A DNA stretch of 34,214 nt from Promethearchaeota archaeon (GCA_048938025.1 JBHLMP010000038.1:2112-36325), one strand, 5' to 3'; positions 8,326 through 18,964 are shown, counted from the stretch's first letter. Numbers and translations are program-made. Notes: generated from the sequence alone by a model not told the origin.

Positions 8326-9291
8326 TTATATACGCATCCAAAAAGTAAAGAGAAATATATAAGACATAAAATATAGCGTTATAAATATAATACCTGATTT
8401 TTTATCTACTTTTCTTCGTACTGCAGTCGTTATAAAAACTATAAAACTTGCTGCAAGAGTATAGAGAACTGTAGGGATTGCGAGTTTAGCAGTAACTGCT
8501 TGTGGAAAAAGTGCCTGTCCAATTCCGATTGACAAAGTAGAATCAACAATGCAACTTCCAATAATATCTCCTATAGCAATTTCATGATGTTTTAATCTGA
8601 GGGCATTAATATCAACTGCCAGCTCTGGAAGAGAAGTTCCAATGGCCACAATAAAAAAACTTATAATATATTCATGAATCTTTAAAACACTTGAAATTAC
8701 TATAACAGATTCAACAATCATAAAAGAGCTAATCGTCACACCCCCAAATCCTAAGGCTGCGATTAATAAATGATATTTTTTTTTTTTAGGAGCTTCAATT
8801 TTTTCGATCATCTCTAACCTTTGTAAAAGACTATCTTTATTAGCATTATAAATTAACCAGATATAGATTCCTAAACATCCGATCATGAAAATTGCATCCA
8901 ACCTCGTAAAATATCCTTTTTCTACAACCGTAAAGATTAATACTAGTGATAAGATTTCGCATGAACCTAAAATGATAATATCTCTTCTATGAACATAAAA
9001 CATTCCAGAAACTAATGGTAATAAACCAAATATTAATGTAAGTTGAGTCAAGTCTGAACCAACACTATCACCCACATCAATATCTCCATGACCTAATGCA
9101 CATGATATAATTGAGTTAAAAATTTCCGCAATATCTGTTCCAATAGAGACTAATGAGACTCCAATTATTAATGGAGATACACCTAATGCGGCAGCGAGTA
9201 TAGCAGAATGTCTAACAGCTACAAGGCTGGAGTAAACAATTAAAAGTAAACCAACAATAAGAATGAGTATTGCTAATATGAATTCAAGCAT
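8326..9291 (-). CDS. Calcium/sodium antiporter (CaCA, YrbG-like)
   Basis: Two alpha-repeats: VSIGTDIAE..GDSVGSD and VAIGTSLPEL..AIGDIIGS. About 10 TM. Confidence 0.9.
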   Translation of the reverse strand: MLEFILAILILIVGLLLIVYSSLVAVRHSAILAAALGVSPLIIGVSLVSIGTDIAEIFNSIISCALGHGDIDVGDSVGSDLTQLTLIFGLLPLVSGMFYVHRRDIIILGSCEILSLVLIFTVVEKGYFTRLDAIFMIGCLGIYIWLIYNANKDSLLQRLEMIEKIEAPKKKKYHLLIAALGFGGVTISSFMIVESVIVISSVLKIHEYIISFFIVAIGTSLPELAVDINALRLKHHEIAIGDIIGSCIVDSTLSIGIGQALFPQAVTAKLAIPTVLYTLAASFIVFITTAVRRKVDKKSGIIFITLYFMSYIFLFTFWMRI

Positions 9292-9515
9292 AAATTTTTA
9301 AAATTCTATTATTTAAATATATTTTTTTGAAATTTTTACTCCAATCCCCTATACTGTTTATAACTGTATTGCTGAATTATACTAATCTGTCAAATAAATA
9401 TTAGATTTATCCCTTAACTAAATTTGAATTGAACTTAACTGCAATTTTTAATATTACATTAAAAATATTTAAACATTATTAATTTACAAATAGTTTTTAA
9501 CAACGAAAAAAGAAC

Positions 9516-10271
9516 TTAATTAATTACTCTTTTCATTATTTCTGTGAATATTTCACCCGCAACTCCTTTTAAAAATACATCAGCTATATCATCCATAATA
9601 GTATTATCTCTATTTATAAAAATAAGCTTCGCACCAAATTGTTTAGCTATTGATGGTAAAAAATTTGCTGGACTTATTAAAAGTGATGAACCAACCATAA
9701 TAAAACAATCACAATTTCTACAAGCATTCATTGCTCCTTCTAATACGCCAAATGGAAGAGACTCACCAAATAGCACAACCTTAGGCTTTATATAACCAGA
9801 ACAATCACATACAGGATAATCAACATTTTTCGTATCAATTTCATCGTATCTGAATTCTTTTCCACACTTTATACAATGAAGGATACCATATTCACCATGT
9901 AATTGGTAAATTTTTGCTCCATGCTTTCCGCTTCCAGCTTTTTGATGTAACATATCGATATTTTGAGTTATAACTGCCTTAATTTTACCTATTTTTTCTA
10001 ATTCAGCAATAGCTTGATGAGCAGCATTCGGTTCTGCATCACCAACTGTATCTTCTAATTCCTTATGCATTTTCCAAAATTTTGAAGGATCCTGTAAAAA
10101 ATGGTGATAACTAGCAAAAATCGAAGGATCATAACGATCCCACAAGCCCCCCGGACTTCTGAAATCATCAATTCCTGATTCTGTTGATATTCCAGCACCA
10201 GAGAAAGCTACAATGTAATTGGATTCTTTAATAATTTTTGCTGCCTTAGTTAACTTTTCTAGATCTATCAT
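9516..10271 (-). CDS. cobB: NAD-dependent protein deacylase, Sir2 family
   Basis: GAGISTESGIDDFRS, ITQNID.LHQKAG, HG, zinc ligands CIKC..CDC, KPKVVLFGE, VGSSL. Confidence 0.93.
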   Translation of the reverse strand: MIDLEKLTKAAKIIKESNYIVAFSGAGISTESGIDDFRSPGGLWDRYDPSIFASYHHFLQDPSKFWKMHKELEDTVGDAEPNAAHQAIAELEKIGKIKAVITQNIDMLHQKAGSGKHGAKIYQLHGEYGILHCIKCGKEFRYDEIDTKNVDYPVCDCSGYIKPKVVLFGESLPFGVLEGAMNACRNCDCFIMVGSSLLISPANFLPSIAKQFGAKLIFINRDNTIMDDIADVFLKGVAGEIFTEIMKRVIN

Positions 10272-10334
10272 CTCATAATTTTGTTTAAAAATTATTAAGA
10301 GGTATCATTAATGTAAAAAAAAGAATATTTTATT

Positions 10335-10640
10335 TTATAATTTAGTAAAATCAACAAGATCTTGCTGAAAACCTAGATTTCCAAGTAAAATTTCAGCGTC
10401 CTTAATAATATTTTTTATTATCTCCTCAGCTGAAATAATTTTATCAATTGTTCCAGCAGCTAAGGAAATTGGAGCTACTTTGGGTTGATTTGATTTAAAA
10501 AGACATAAAAAGATATAAAATGACATATTTTTTCTATTTTTTCTGGATCAAAACAATCTGCATCAACTATATTTTGTTTCCAATTATTTGCAATAGAACT
10601 TTCTTCTATTGCAAGAAATGCGGTACATAAATGAATTGCA
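10335..10640 (-). pseudogene. Frameshifted C-terminal remnant resembling nitronate monooxygenase / FabK family
   Basis: Two short overlapping frames: AIHLCTAFLAIEESSIANNWKQNIVDA (cf. GVQMGTRFLATEES...WKQ.I..A) and ISLAAGTIDKIISAEEIIKNIIKDAE (cf. the family's C-terminal helix). No N-terminal part is present. Confidence 0.5.
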
Positions 10641-11570
10641 TTATGATAAAATTTTTTCAAGCCATGGAATAATACTGTCTAATACATCTTGAATATTTTC
10701 TTGAAGTATTAGATGCGAAGCACCTTTTAAGATTTTAAGATTTTTATTTTTACATGTAAGTCTATTGTATAATTCATTCATATAGTCGACAGAAAATAAG
10801 AAATCTTCCTCTCCATTTATTATCATAATAGGTGATTTTATATCTTCTATAGGTTTTGGTAAAGGATCTCTCATCTGAGCTTTAAGTGTTGTTACCGTAT
10901 ACTTGAGACTAAGAAGTGGGTCCTTTAAAAGGATATCTATTCTTTCTAAAATCTTTTCTGTTTTAGCCAATTTATTAAAATCTAAATATAATGTTGTACT
11001 CAACTTAAATTTGGGAATAATTTTAGCGATTATTGGGACCAAAGGTATTATTGATCTCAAGAATAGGTTCATTTTAATTATTTTTTTATAAGCTTTTTCA
11101 TTGAATATCGCAGCGTTATGGCATATAGCACCTTTAAACCTATTATCATAGGCAATAGAATAAAGTGCAGTTATACCTCCTAGACTTGAACCCATAACAA
11201 GATTGTTGTCACCATATTTTTCAATAACATATGAGTTTACATCATACACAGCTTTCACAAATTGATTCATTGTGAAATGCCCTCTAAGACCTTCACTTAA
11301 ACCATGACCTATCATGTCAGGAGCTATAATTCGATATCCCTTTTTGAAGAAATTATATAAAAATTCCGTATAAAATCTACTATATACAGATGTCCCATGT
11401 AAAAATATAATTGTCCTATTAAACGATATCTCTTTACTATCATATATATCTAAGTGAATTTTTAGTCCTTGGGAAGTTATGTACTCTTCTCTAATAAGGT
11501 TTTTAATTTCCTGAGGATCTATATCAAAACAATAATTAAACCAGTAATCATTATAATTCAATTTGGTCAT
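10641..11570 (-). CDS. Alpha/beta hydrolase, lysophospholipase / monoacylglycerol lipase-like
   Basis: FLHG, DMIGHGLSEG.RGH, nucleophile elbow GSSLGG, acid in NGEED, His in GASHLI. Confidence 0.9.
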   Translation of the reverse strand: MTKLNYNDYWFNYCFDIDPQEIKNLIREEYITSQGLKIHLDIYDSKEISFNRTIIFLHGTSVYSRFYTEFLYNFFKKGYRIIAPDMIGHGLSEGLRGHFTMNQFVKAVYDVNSYVIEKYGDNNLVMGSSLGGITALYSIAYDNRFKGAICHNAAIFNEKAYKKIIKMNLFLRSIIPLVPIIAKIIPKFKLSTTLYLDFNKLAKTEKILERIDILLKDPLLSLKYTVTTLKAQMRDPLPKPIEDIKSPIMIINGEEDFLFSVDYMNELYNRLTCKNKNLKILKGASHLILQENIQDVLDSIIPWLEKILS

Positions 11571-11601
11571 AATAAATTAACTAATTTCAATAAAGAGAAA
11601 A

Positions 11602-13011
11602 TTATTCAATCTTTCGGCAAATATTTTCAATATTTTGAATAGTTCCATCAACAATTTCATCAGAATGTAATATACAGGTGTAAAATCTGCTTCCGGCAAC
11701 AGAAATAATTTCTTGGTCAACCAACGCTGCCCCCATATGCTCCATAAATTCTTTACGTTGTTTGATTTGAGGACCTTGTTCAGGATCAGTAATATTCAGT
11801 CCGAAAACGCACGAAGAATGGAAATGTACAGTACCCCCATAATTATACGAAAACCAAGGTAAATCATAATTTTCAAAGACTTCATTTAAACCAGTGGAGA
11901 GTCGTAAGGCTGCCTTACCTGCAATTTCAGTTGCGTTAGTCTCTTCAACAAATTTCATAGCCCAATATGCTGCTGCGCAAGTTAGAGGATTTGCTGCTAG
12001 TGTTCCACCACAATATGCTCGTTTCACGCCCCCACCTACTCCAGCAGCAACCGTTGCCATGATATCAGCTCTTCCACCTAATGCTGCAGCAGAAGGATAT
12101 CCATGACCCACAATTTTCCCAAAAATAGATAAATCAGGAGTATAGCCAAAATATGCTTGACCTCCTCCCATATGTAATCTAAAAGCACACACTACCTCAT
12201 CAGAAATAAGGAGTGTACCATTTTGATGACAAAGTTCTTCTACTTCCTTATTAAATTCTGGTCTTACAGGAATTGCACCAGATTCACCACCCATAGGTTC
12301 AATAATTACCGCAGCAACTTTTTTCTTTTCCTTAAACATTTCTCTTAAGGCAGAAATATCATTTGGAGGAACTGAATCTATAAATTTAAAGATCTCCCTT
12401 GGAATCCCATGTGATTCCATTCTTTTCGTACCTGGTATATGCAAATCATAAACCAGCTGATCTGACCAACCATGATAACTTCCTCCTACTTTTATGACAT
12501 GCTTTTTTCCTGTAAATACACGTGCAACTCGAATAGCTAACATATCTGTTTCTGTACCACTTTGAAGCCACCTAATGCGTTCGCAGGAAGGAAAATGTTT
12601 TTGTAATTCTTCAGCAGCTAAATATTCATATTCACTTGTTATTCCATGACAAGGTCCTGATTCCTTTATGAGTTCTAAAATTTTTTCTGTTAATCCTGGA
12701 TGATTATGTCCTAAGATTATTGGTCCTCCATCCATTAAATAATCTGTTAACAGAATATCATCTATAGTTTCCATATAACAATCAAATACTTTTTTACTTG
12801 TTAATGGAAAAGGATAATTAAAAGCTAAGTTATGTTCAACCCCCCCCGGTATGATTTTTCGCGCCCTTTCAAATGCTTCCTTTGATTTTACATGATTTTT
12901 CTCATATCTATTTACAATCTCTTTTAATTCTTCAGGTTTAAATTTTCTGAGTGGTTGGCTAACAATGTTTTGAATTTTAGCGTTCATTTCTTCATATTTC
13001 ATACTAGACAT
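11602..13011 (-). CDS. Class III PLP aminotransferase (glutamate-1-semialdehyde aminomutase-like)
   Basis: IIPGGV, GPIILGH, SGTE, GSYHGWSD, IIEP, LISDEVVCAFR, PDLSIFGKIVGHGYP (PLP Lys), GTLAANP. Confidence 0.88.
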   Translation of the reverse strand: MSSMKYEEMNAKIQNIVSQPLRKFKPEELKEIVNRYEKNHVKSKEAFERARKIIPGGVEHNLAFNYPFPLTSKKVFDCYMETIDDILLTDYLMDGGPIILGHNHPGLTEKILELIKESGPCHGITSEYEYLAAEELQKHFPSCERIRWLQSGTETDMLAIRVARVFTGKKHVIKVGGSYHGWSDQLVYDLHIPGTKRMESHGIPREIFKFIDSVPPNDISALREMFKEKKKVAAVIIEPMGGESGAIPVRPEFNKEVEELCHQNGTLLISDEVVCAFRLHMGGGQAYFGYTPDLSIFGKIVGHGYPSAAALGGRADIMATVAAGVGGGVKRAYCGGTLAANPLTCAAAYWAMKFVEETNATEIAGKAALRLSTGLNEVFENYDLPWFSYNYGGTVHFHSSCVFGLNITDPEQGPQIKQRKEFMEHMGAALVDQEIISVAGSRFYTCILHSDEIVDGTIQNIENICRKIE

Positions 13012-13193
13012 TTTAGATCATAGCTATTAGTTTTAAATGGTAACTCTCATAATTTTATTAATTAAATATGTAAAGTAGATATTAAAAAAGAAGTTATCGT
13101 TTAATTTGGATTCCATGGATTTTTTATATTTTCAAATAGAATTATAACATTGCTTGAAGGACAATTAAAAGTATAATTTTTTATCTCCAAAAA

Positions 13194-13671
13194 ATGATTG
13201 AAGATCTATTTTATTCAGTGGAACTTAATATAAAGAAGATATATTCCAATTTAGAACTCAATTTATATCGTCTTTTTCGCAAAAAAGTTAGAATTTATCC
13301 TGTAACTATAATTGTTCGAAGAGATTTCCTATTTTTTTTTTGTAAAAAATGAAGATTATTTTAAAGCAAAGTCACGCTTAAAATTTATTAGAAATTATTT
13401 ACCTAATAAGAAATTATTGATCATTCGATTAGAAAAAACGATTATTAAATTGATTTTTGGATTTTTTCCAGATGTATATATCTATGATATCATATTTGAA
13501 ATTGATAATAAAACAGCTGATATCAATATGATAATAATCGTGTTAACTGATAAGGACAGAAAAATAGCAATCGGTGCTAAATGTTCCTATATTAAAGCCG
13601 TTAATGAGGTTTTCGATAATTATATCTTTCTTGTGAAGATAAAATGTGAAGTTGGTGAACTTTTATCCTAA
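13194..13671 (+). pseudogene. Archaeal NusA-like KH-domain gene split by a frameshift in a T10 run
   Basis: The frame from ATG 13194 stops at TGA 13350. Removing one T from 13332-13341 joins it to the 13312..13671 frame (…RRDFLFFFVKNEDY…DRKIAIGAKCSYIKAVNEVF), which resembles the NusA KH motif AIGxxGxxIK. Confidence 0.55.
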
Positions 13672-13700
13672 GAATAAAGAATTGTATAATAATTTTATAT

Positions 13701-15872
13701 TTAAAAAGTAACAGGATAAATTAATTTATGTTTAATTAAAGACTCAAGAGCATCAATTATTAATTCTTCATTTTTTCCACTAACTTTTTCCAGCAAATTC
13801 ATTAATTTAATATAACTATTTTCTTTCGAGATCGAGTAAACAATTTTGAGGATTCGATATTCATATTTATTGAGCTTAAATTGATTTTTAACCTTTTGAA
13901 TATTAAGCTCTCTATTAGTTAATTTAAAGAAATCTTTATAATATAAGTCAAAGTATTGGTTTAATAAAGGAGGGATAATTTTCTCATATGGTTTTACATC
14001 ATGATTCCAATGTTCTAAACTTTTTGAAATTTGTAGATATGCAGCAAATGCAAAATGAGTCATTTGTCGTTTGAGTCTTTTAGAAGATTTATTCTCAAGA
14101 ATAAGAACAGTTCTTAATTCATTAATATTTAAAACAAGACATTGAAAATATTTTAAATCTAATTCTATTATCTTCTGAAATTCACGTATATGTTCGGATT
14201 CATCTAAATCGGTTTTTTTGGGTTCTTTATTAAAGATTTCTTCACTCACAATTGATAAAGCTTGGATGAATCCTGAAAATATAGTTTTTTTACCTTTCAT
14301 CAAATTAGTATAAGTTCGAGAAAAGATAGGGAGTCCACTTTCACTGTGCATTAGGAATATGGCCTGAATATTTCTTACATCCTTAAATTTTTGTGTCCTC
14401 AATAGTAAATTTAACTGTCTTTTCTTTTTTTGTGGTAAAAGTACGTAAGATCTTAAACTTAAAATACTCAAAATACCAATTATTATAAACAATATACTAA
14501 TAATCGTTAATAAAATAAAAGATGAATGATCTTTTGAAGGAATATATTCAATATATGATATATTTAGAAATACATCATCGATAGAAATTTTAATTATCTC
14601 ATCTAATTCGAATTCATCTGCAAGATAAAGTTGAATTGAAACTGATATATTTTCATTTTCAGAAATAAAGGATTTCACATTAAATCCGTCTATTTTTGCT
14701 GCTTGAAAATAAGAGGTGTAATTATATTCAATCAATTCAACTGGTTCTGGAACTCTTATATTATTAATAAAGATCCTAATTTCAGTATTTGGGGAAGATT
14801 GAGTCCAGTTTTGATCAATTTTGTATTTGAAATTAAATTCTGCATCCAATAATTCGACCTTATGTGAGCTTATATCACAAAGTTTAGATAAATTTTGATT
14901 CCATGATATGAAACTAGATTGATCTATTTTTTTCTCAAAACTAAATGTTAAATTAACTTTTTTTATAATTAATTCATTAAATTGATCATAATCCCAATCA
15001 GCTATAATATTATCTTCGAAATGAAGTAGCATTCCTAATGTTAAAGTGAAATTACTGTAGTCTGTGTTCAAAACTGAAGAAAGGTAAAAGATTAAGTCTT
15101 CTTCAGGATAGCTAATCATATATGTGTTTGGTAAAATATCCTCCCCTGGCGGTCCTCCAGGAGGATCTCCTGTTCCTAAGTCTTCTGGTTGAAGATAAGC
15201 AATTTCATATATCTTTTCTTTCTTCAAATCTGAAATCAATACATAGAATCGAACATAATCTCCAACATCGTATGTGTCTAGTGACCTAAGTAGATCATTT
15301 CTCGCTTCAGTATCACCAGCGCGATCTATATCCAAGCTAGCATTTGCATAAACAATTGCCTTGATAGACGCTGACGTAATTATAAAATCTGACATATTGA
15401 GAGGTAAACTGACATTTCTATCCCAGTGTATACTTGGATTTGTAACCGCAGTCTGATCATTGTAAAGATGAGACACACTACAACCTTCGGTCGTAATGTC
15501 ATAATACTGAGGGCGATTTGGATAATCAGGATTATCACATTCAGTCCAATTCAATGCTAAGGGAGGATCTGAGATTAATGAAAATGTATTTTTCTTACCT
15601 AATATCTCAAAATGGGCTTGCTCTGAATGAATGGATGCATTTGTATCTGAAGTGTCTCCACCTTTAAGGTAAAACCATGATTCTTGAGAGCTAAAATTTG
15701 AATTTTTAATCCATTGTGTTGAATACTGCTTATTTCCAGAAATATTGAGATTTAATTTTTGATTTATCCTAAAACTTTTAAAGAGATTTCTATCAAAGAT
15801 ATTAAAATTTAATGTAATTAAGATTATACTAACGAGTAAAAATACTATAAACTTAATTTTTTTTTGATACAA
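13701..15872 (-). CDS. Membrane protein: N-terminal signal/anchor, large extracellular domain, TM helix, cytoplasmic longin-like domain and wHTH-like tail
   Basis: N-terminal KKIKFIVFLLVSIILITL and a second TM FILLTIISILFIIIGILSILSL followed by KKKRQ. Then IQAIFLMHSESGLPIFSRTY...IFSGFIQALSIVSEEIF, a longin/roadblock-type pattern. Confidence 0.7.
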   Translation of the reverse strand: MYQKKIKFIVFLLVSIILITLNFNIFDRNLFKSFRINQKLNLNISGNKQYSTQWIKNSNFSSQESWFYLKGGDTSDTNASIHSEQAHFEILGKKNTFSLISDPPLALNWTECDNPDYPNRPQYYDITTEGCSVSHLYNDQTAVTNPSIHWDRNVSLPLNMSDFIITSASIKAIVYANASLDIDRAGDTEARNDLLRSLDTYDVGDYVRFYVLISDLKKEKIYEIAYLQPEDLGTGDPPGGPPGEDILPNTYMISYPEEDLIFYLSSVLNTDYSNFTLTLGMLLHFEDNIIADWDYDQFNELIIKKVNLTFSFEKKIDQSSFISWNQNLSKLCDISSHKVELLDAEFNFKYKIDQNWTQSSPNTEIRIFINNIRVPEPVELIEYNYTSYFQAAKIDGFNVKSFISENENISVSIQLYLADEFELDEIIKISIDDVFLNISYIEYIPSKDHSSFILLTIISILFIIIGILSILSLRSYVLLPQKKKRQLNLLLRTQKFKDVRNIQAIFLMHSESGLPIFSRTYTNLMKGKKTIFSGFIQALSIVSEEIFNKEPKKTDLDESEHIREFQKIIELDLKYFQCLVLNINELRTVLILENKSSKRLKRQMTHFAFAAYLQISKSLEHWNHDVKPYEKIIPPLLNQYFDLYYKDFFKLTNRELNIQKVKNQFKLNKYEYRILKIVYSISKENSYIKLMNLLEKVSGKNEELIIDALESLIKHKLIYPVTF

Positions 15873-16195
15873 AATTAAACCTCTGGTTAAAATAAGCTAT
15901 TAAAAAATTAAATTGAACCTAATAATACCTTATCCCTTCAAAAAAATGATCTTATTTTTTATATTTATATTTAAGCAAATTCAATATAATCGTATGAAGA
16001 ATTAGAATTAATTTTAGTGAAGCATCCGATATTATAACCAAAAATTTTAGCGATATAAACAGGGTGACATAGATATTCAATATGATTAACAATCTGTTTA
16101 TAAGAAAATGCTCCTAAAGTACTAATAATTATTTTTTAATTTCAAAGTATTTGATTAAAGAACCTTTATTTAGTTTTACAACATTTAATTTAATT

Positions 16196-17821
16196 ATGAC
16201 ATTTAGTGAAAAAAAATATATACTTGCAATTGACCATGGTACAGGAGGACCTAAAAGTGCCATAGTTTCTGTTGAAGGAGAAGTAATTGATTGGGCATTT
16301 GAAGAGGTTCCTTTGTATGTATATAAAGGTGGAGGGGTAGAACAAGATCCAAGTGATTGGTGGAATGCTATATTAAAAACAAGTAAGCAAGTTATTGATA
16401 ATGGAAGAGTTTCAGTTGATGATATAGTTGGTGTTTGTAATACGAGTCAATGGAGTGGGACTGTAGCAGTTGATAAGGAGGGAAATCATTTAATGAATTC
16501 AATTATCTGGATGGATACTCGAGGAGCTCCATATATAAAGAAAATTTATAAGGGTTTATTAAAGTTTTCAGGGTTTAATATAAGAAAAGCACTAACATGG
16601 TTAAAAAGAACTGGTGGAGCCCCAACTTTAAGTGGTAAAGATCCAATAGCTCATATGTTATGGATAAAACATGAACACCCAGATATCTATGAAAAATCTT
16701 ACAATTTCTTGGAACCTCAGGATTATATAAACCTAAAATTAACAGGCAAATTTGCTTCTTCATATACTACTATTGGGCTTAATTGGCTGACAGATATAAG
16801 GGATATTAACAATATAAAATATTCAAAAAAATTAATTAGAATGGCAAAAATTGATAAGAATAAATTACCAGCCAATTTGGTAAATTCTACAGATGTTATT
16901 GGCAATATAACAAAAGAAGTAGCTGATACATTAGGATTAGATAGAAATACTAAGGTGATTGCTGGAGCTGCCGATGTTCCAGCAGCAGCAATAGGATCTG
17001 GTGCTGTTAGAGATTATGAAACCCATATTTACATAGGTACTTCAGATTGGGTAATTTGTCATATACCTATTAAAAAAGTGGATATGTTTCATAACATTGG
17101 ATCAGTAGCATCTGGAATCCCTGGAAGGTATATGATAGTTAACGAACAAGAAATAGCGGGAGGTACCTTATCTTTTCTAAAAAATAATATTTTATATCAT
17201 AAAGATGAACTCCTAAAAGAAGAGGCTGTACCTGACGTCTACAAAATTTTTGATCGAATCGTAGAAAAAGTTCCTGCTGGCTCAAATAATCTCATTTTTA
17301 CTCCATGGTTAATAGGGGAAAGATGCCCTGTCGATGACCATACAATTAGAGGAGGATTATACAACATATCTTTGGAAATGACACGTGAGCATTTGATAAG
17401 AGCAATATTTGAGGGAGTTGCATATAATGTTAAATGGGCTTTTACTTATGTAGAGAAACTAATTAAGAAATTAGTTATGAAAGAACATCGGGAAATGACA
17501 AAGAAGAATGTGATTATTCCAGAAATAAATATAATTGGCGGTGGAGCTCAGAGTAATATTTGGTGTCAAATTTTTGCAGATGTTTTAAACAGAAAAATAA
17601 AGCAGGTGAGGAATCCAATTCAAGCAAATGCCCGTGGTGCTGCTTTTATTGCATCAGTAGGACTAGGGTATCTCAAATGGGATGAAATTCATAGATGTTG
17701 TGAGATCGCCAACATATTTACTCCCAACCCAGAAAATAGGAAAATATATGATAAACTCTTCGAAGAATATCTAAACATTTATAAAATTATGGGAAAAATG
17801 TATAAACGTTTAAATAAATAG
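16196..17821 (+). CDS. FGGY-family carbohydrate kinase (xylulokinase-like)
   Basis: LAIDHGTGGPK, EQDPSDWW, IIWMDTRG, YIGTSDW, PWLIGERCP, RAIFEGVA, GGGAQS..WCQIFADV, ARGAA. ATG 16196 is preferred over TTG 16151. Confidence 0.92.
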   Translation: MTFSEKKYILAIDHGTGGPKSAIVSVEGEVIDWAFEEVPLYVYKGGGVEQDPSDWWNAILKTSKQVIDNGRVSVDDIVGVCNTSQWSGTVAVDKEGNHLMNSIIWMDTRGAPYIKKIYKGLLKFSGFNIRKALTWLKRTGGAPTLSGKDPIAHMLWIKHEHPDIYEKSYNFLEPQDYINLKLTGKFASSYTTIGLNWLTDIRDINNIKYSKKLIRMAKIDKNKLPANLVNSTDVIGNITKEVADTLGLDRNTKVIAGAADVPAAAIGSGAVRDYETHIYIGTSDWVICHIPIKKVDMFHNIGSVASGIPGRYMIVNEQEIAGGTLSFLKNNILYHKDELLKEEAVPDVYKIFDRIVEKVPAGSNNLIFTPWLIGERCPVDDHTIRGGLYNISLEMTREHLIRAIFEGVAYNVKWAFTYVEKLIKKLVMKEHREMTKKNVIIPEINIIGGGAQSNIWCQIFADVLNRKIKQVRNPIQANARGAAFIASVGLGYLKWDEIHRCCEIANIFTPNPENRKIYDKLFEEYLNIYKIMGKMYKRLNK

Positions 17822-17842
17822 ATTTTTTACTCTTCTTTTTTA

Positions 17843-18703
17843 TTAACCTTGAATTTTATTTGCTATAGTAGCAGAAATTCTATGAATAATAAAATCCTTA
17901 ATTTCATTCACACGATTTTTAGTAATAGTAGAAGTTAATAATTTTGCTTTTAATTGCTTAGTTAGTTCTTTTTTAGAAATTTTTTTAACTCCTTCTAAGA
18001 TAGACAGTGTAAACTCTACATCTTCTATAAATTTAGCAATGTAATATGCTAAAAATTTTAATTGTTCATTTTGATTTTCTTTTTCTAAGGCAGAATTAAT
18101 AATTGATTTTTCGAGTTCTAAATCTATTTCCCATGGCATTTGAATTATATGTTTGCGAGGATTCATTAGAAATGCATTTCTTCTTTGCCTTTTAACCAAA
18201 CTATAAAAGTAGGTTGCCGTAGGAAAAGTCTCATCATCGAATTCAATAGTTTTTAAAGATCTGCTATTTTTATACATTTCAGGGATCAATCCATCTAAGA
18301 TCTTGTTGATTTCATCCAAATTCACTTTAGCTCCGTTGCTCATAATCAAATATGATGGATAATTGAATAATTTTGCATGTATTAAACCTACGACACAATT
18401 GAAACCTAAAGATTTAATTAAGTTTACCAATGACATTGTTTTTATAGATTCATCTATAATTTCTTCTTTAGGTTCCTCGATTGTGGTTGAAATTGATAGA
18501 TCAATAGCCTCATATCCGATAAGTCTTCCTTTAACATCAAGAAAAACAACAAACATGTGATCTTGACATACTGCACCTTGCGGGATTTGAACCTTTATAT
18601 GTCCAAATTTTTTATCATAAAAAAGGGATTCTGGAATATTTACGGTTTTTATCGCACCACAGCTTGGACATGATAATTCAAGTGATTTAAATCGCTCAGC
18701 CAT
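17843..18703 (-). CDS. Hypothetical protein with N-terminal Zn-binding module (CPxC...CxxH)
   Basis: CPSCG...GAVCQDHMFVVFLD. ATG at 18703 (MAERF) is the likely start. The rest is unassigned. Confidence 0.7.
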   Translation of the reverse strand: MAERFKSLELSCPSCGAIKTVNIPESLFYDKKFGHIKVQIPQGAVCQDHMFVVFLDVKGRLIGYEAIDLSISTTIEEPKEEIIDESIKTMSLVNLIKSLGFNCVVGLIHAKLFNYPSYLIMSNGAKVNLDEINKILDGLIPEMYKNSRSLKTIEFDDETFPTATYFYSLVKRQRRNAFLMNPRKHIIQMPWEIDLELEKSIINSALEKENQNEQLKFLAYYIAKFIEDVEFTLSILEGVKKISKKELTKQLKAKLLTSTITKNRVNEIKDFIIHRISATIANKIQG

Positions 18704-18964
18704 AATTCTACCCCGCCTAGATATAATAAATATAAAAAATTGCACTTAATACATAAAAATTCCCTAATTTAAACTTTTTTTATTTTATGAAATAGAAATA
18801 GAAAAAGACGATTAATAAGAATAAAATCATCAAAAAGTTAAATTCTCTTAATTATAGAGTTAGATTCGGATTTTCATCTATTTTCTTCCTTCTCATGATG
18901 TAACATTACAACAAATAAAATAGAAAGAAAATTAAAAAAAAATAATAAAAAAAATCTTAAATGT

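Noticed and set aside
11602-13011. Gene symbol hemL
   Set aside because: The family is clear, but it has an N-terminal extension, divergent motifs and no tetrapyrrole gene context, so the substrate is uncertain.
18850-18912. Possible SECIS-like hairpin (minus strand ATGA...tagatgaaaatccgaatcta) and TGTAACATTACA near-palindrome
   Set aside because: The stem is short, and I found no in-frame TGA at a Cys-equivalent position in neighbouring genes. The redox genes use ordinary Cys.
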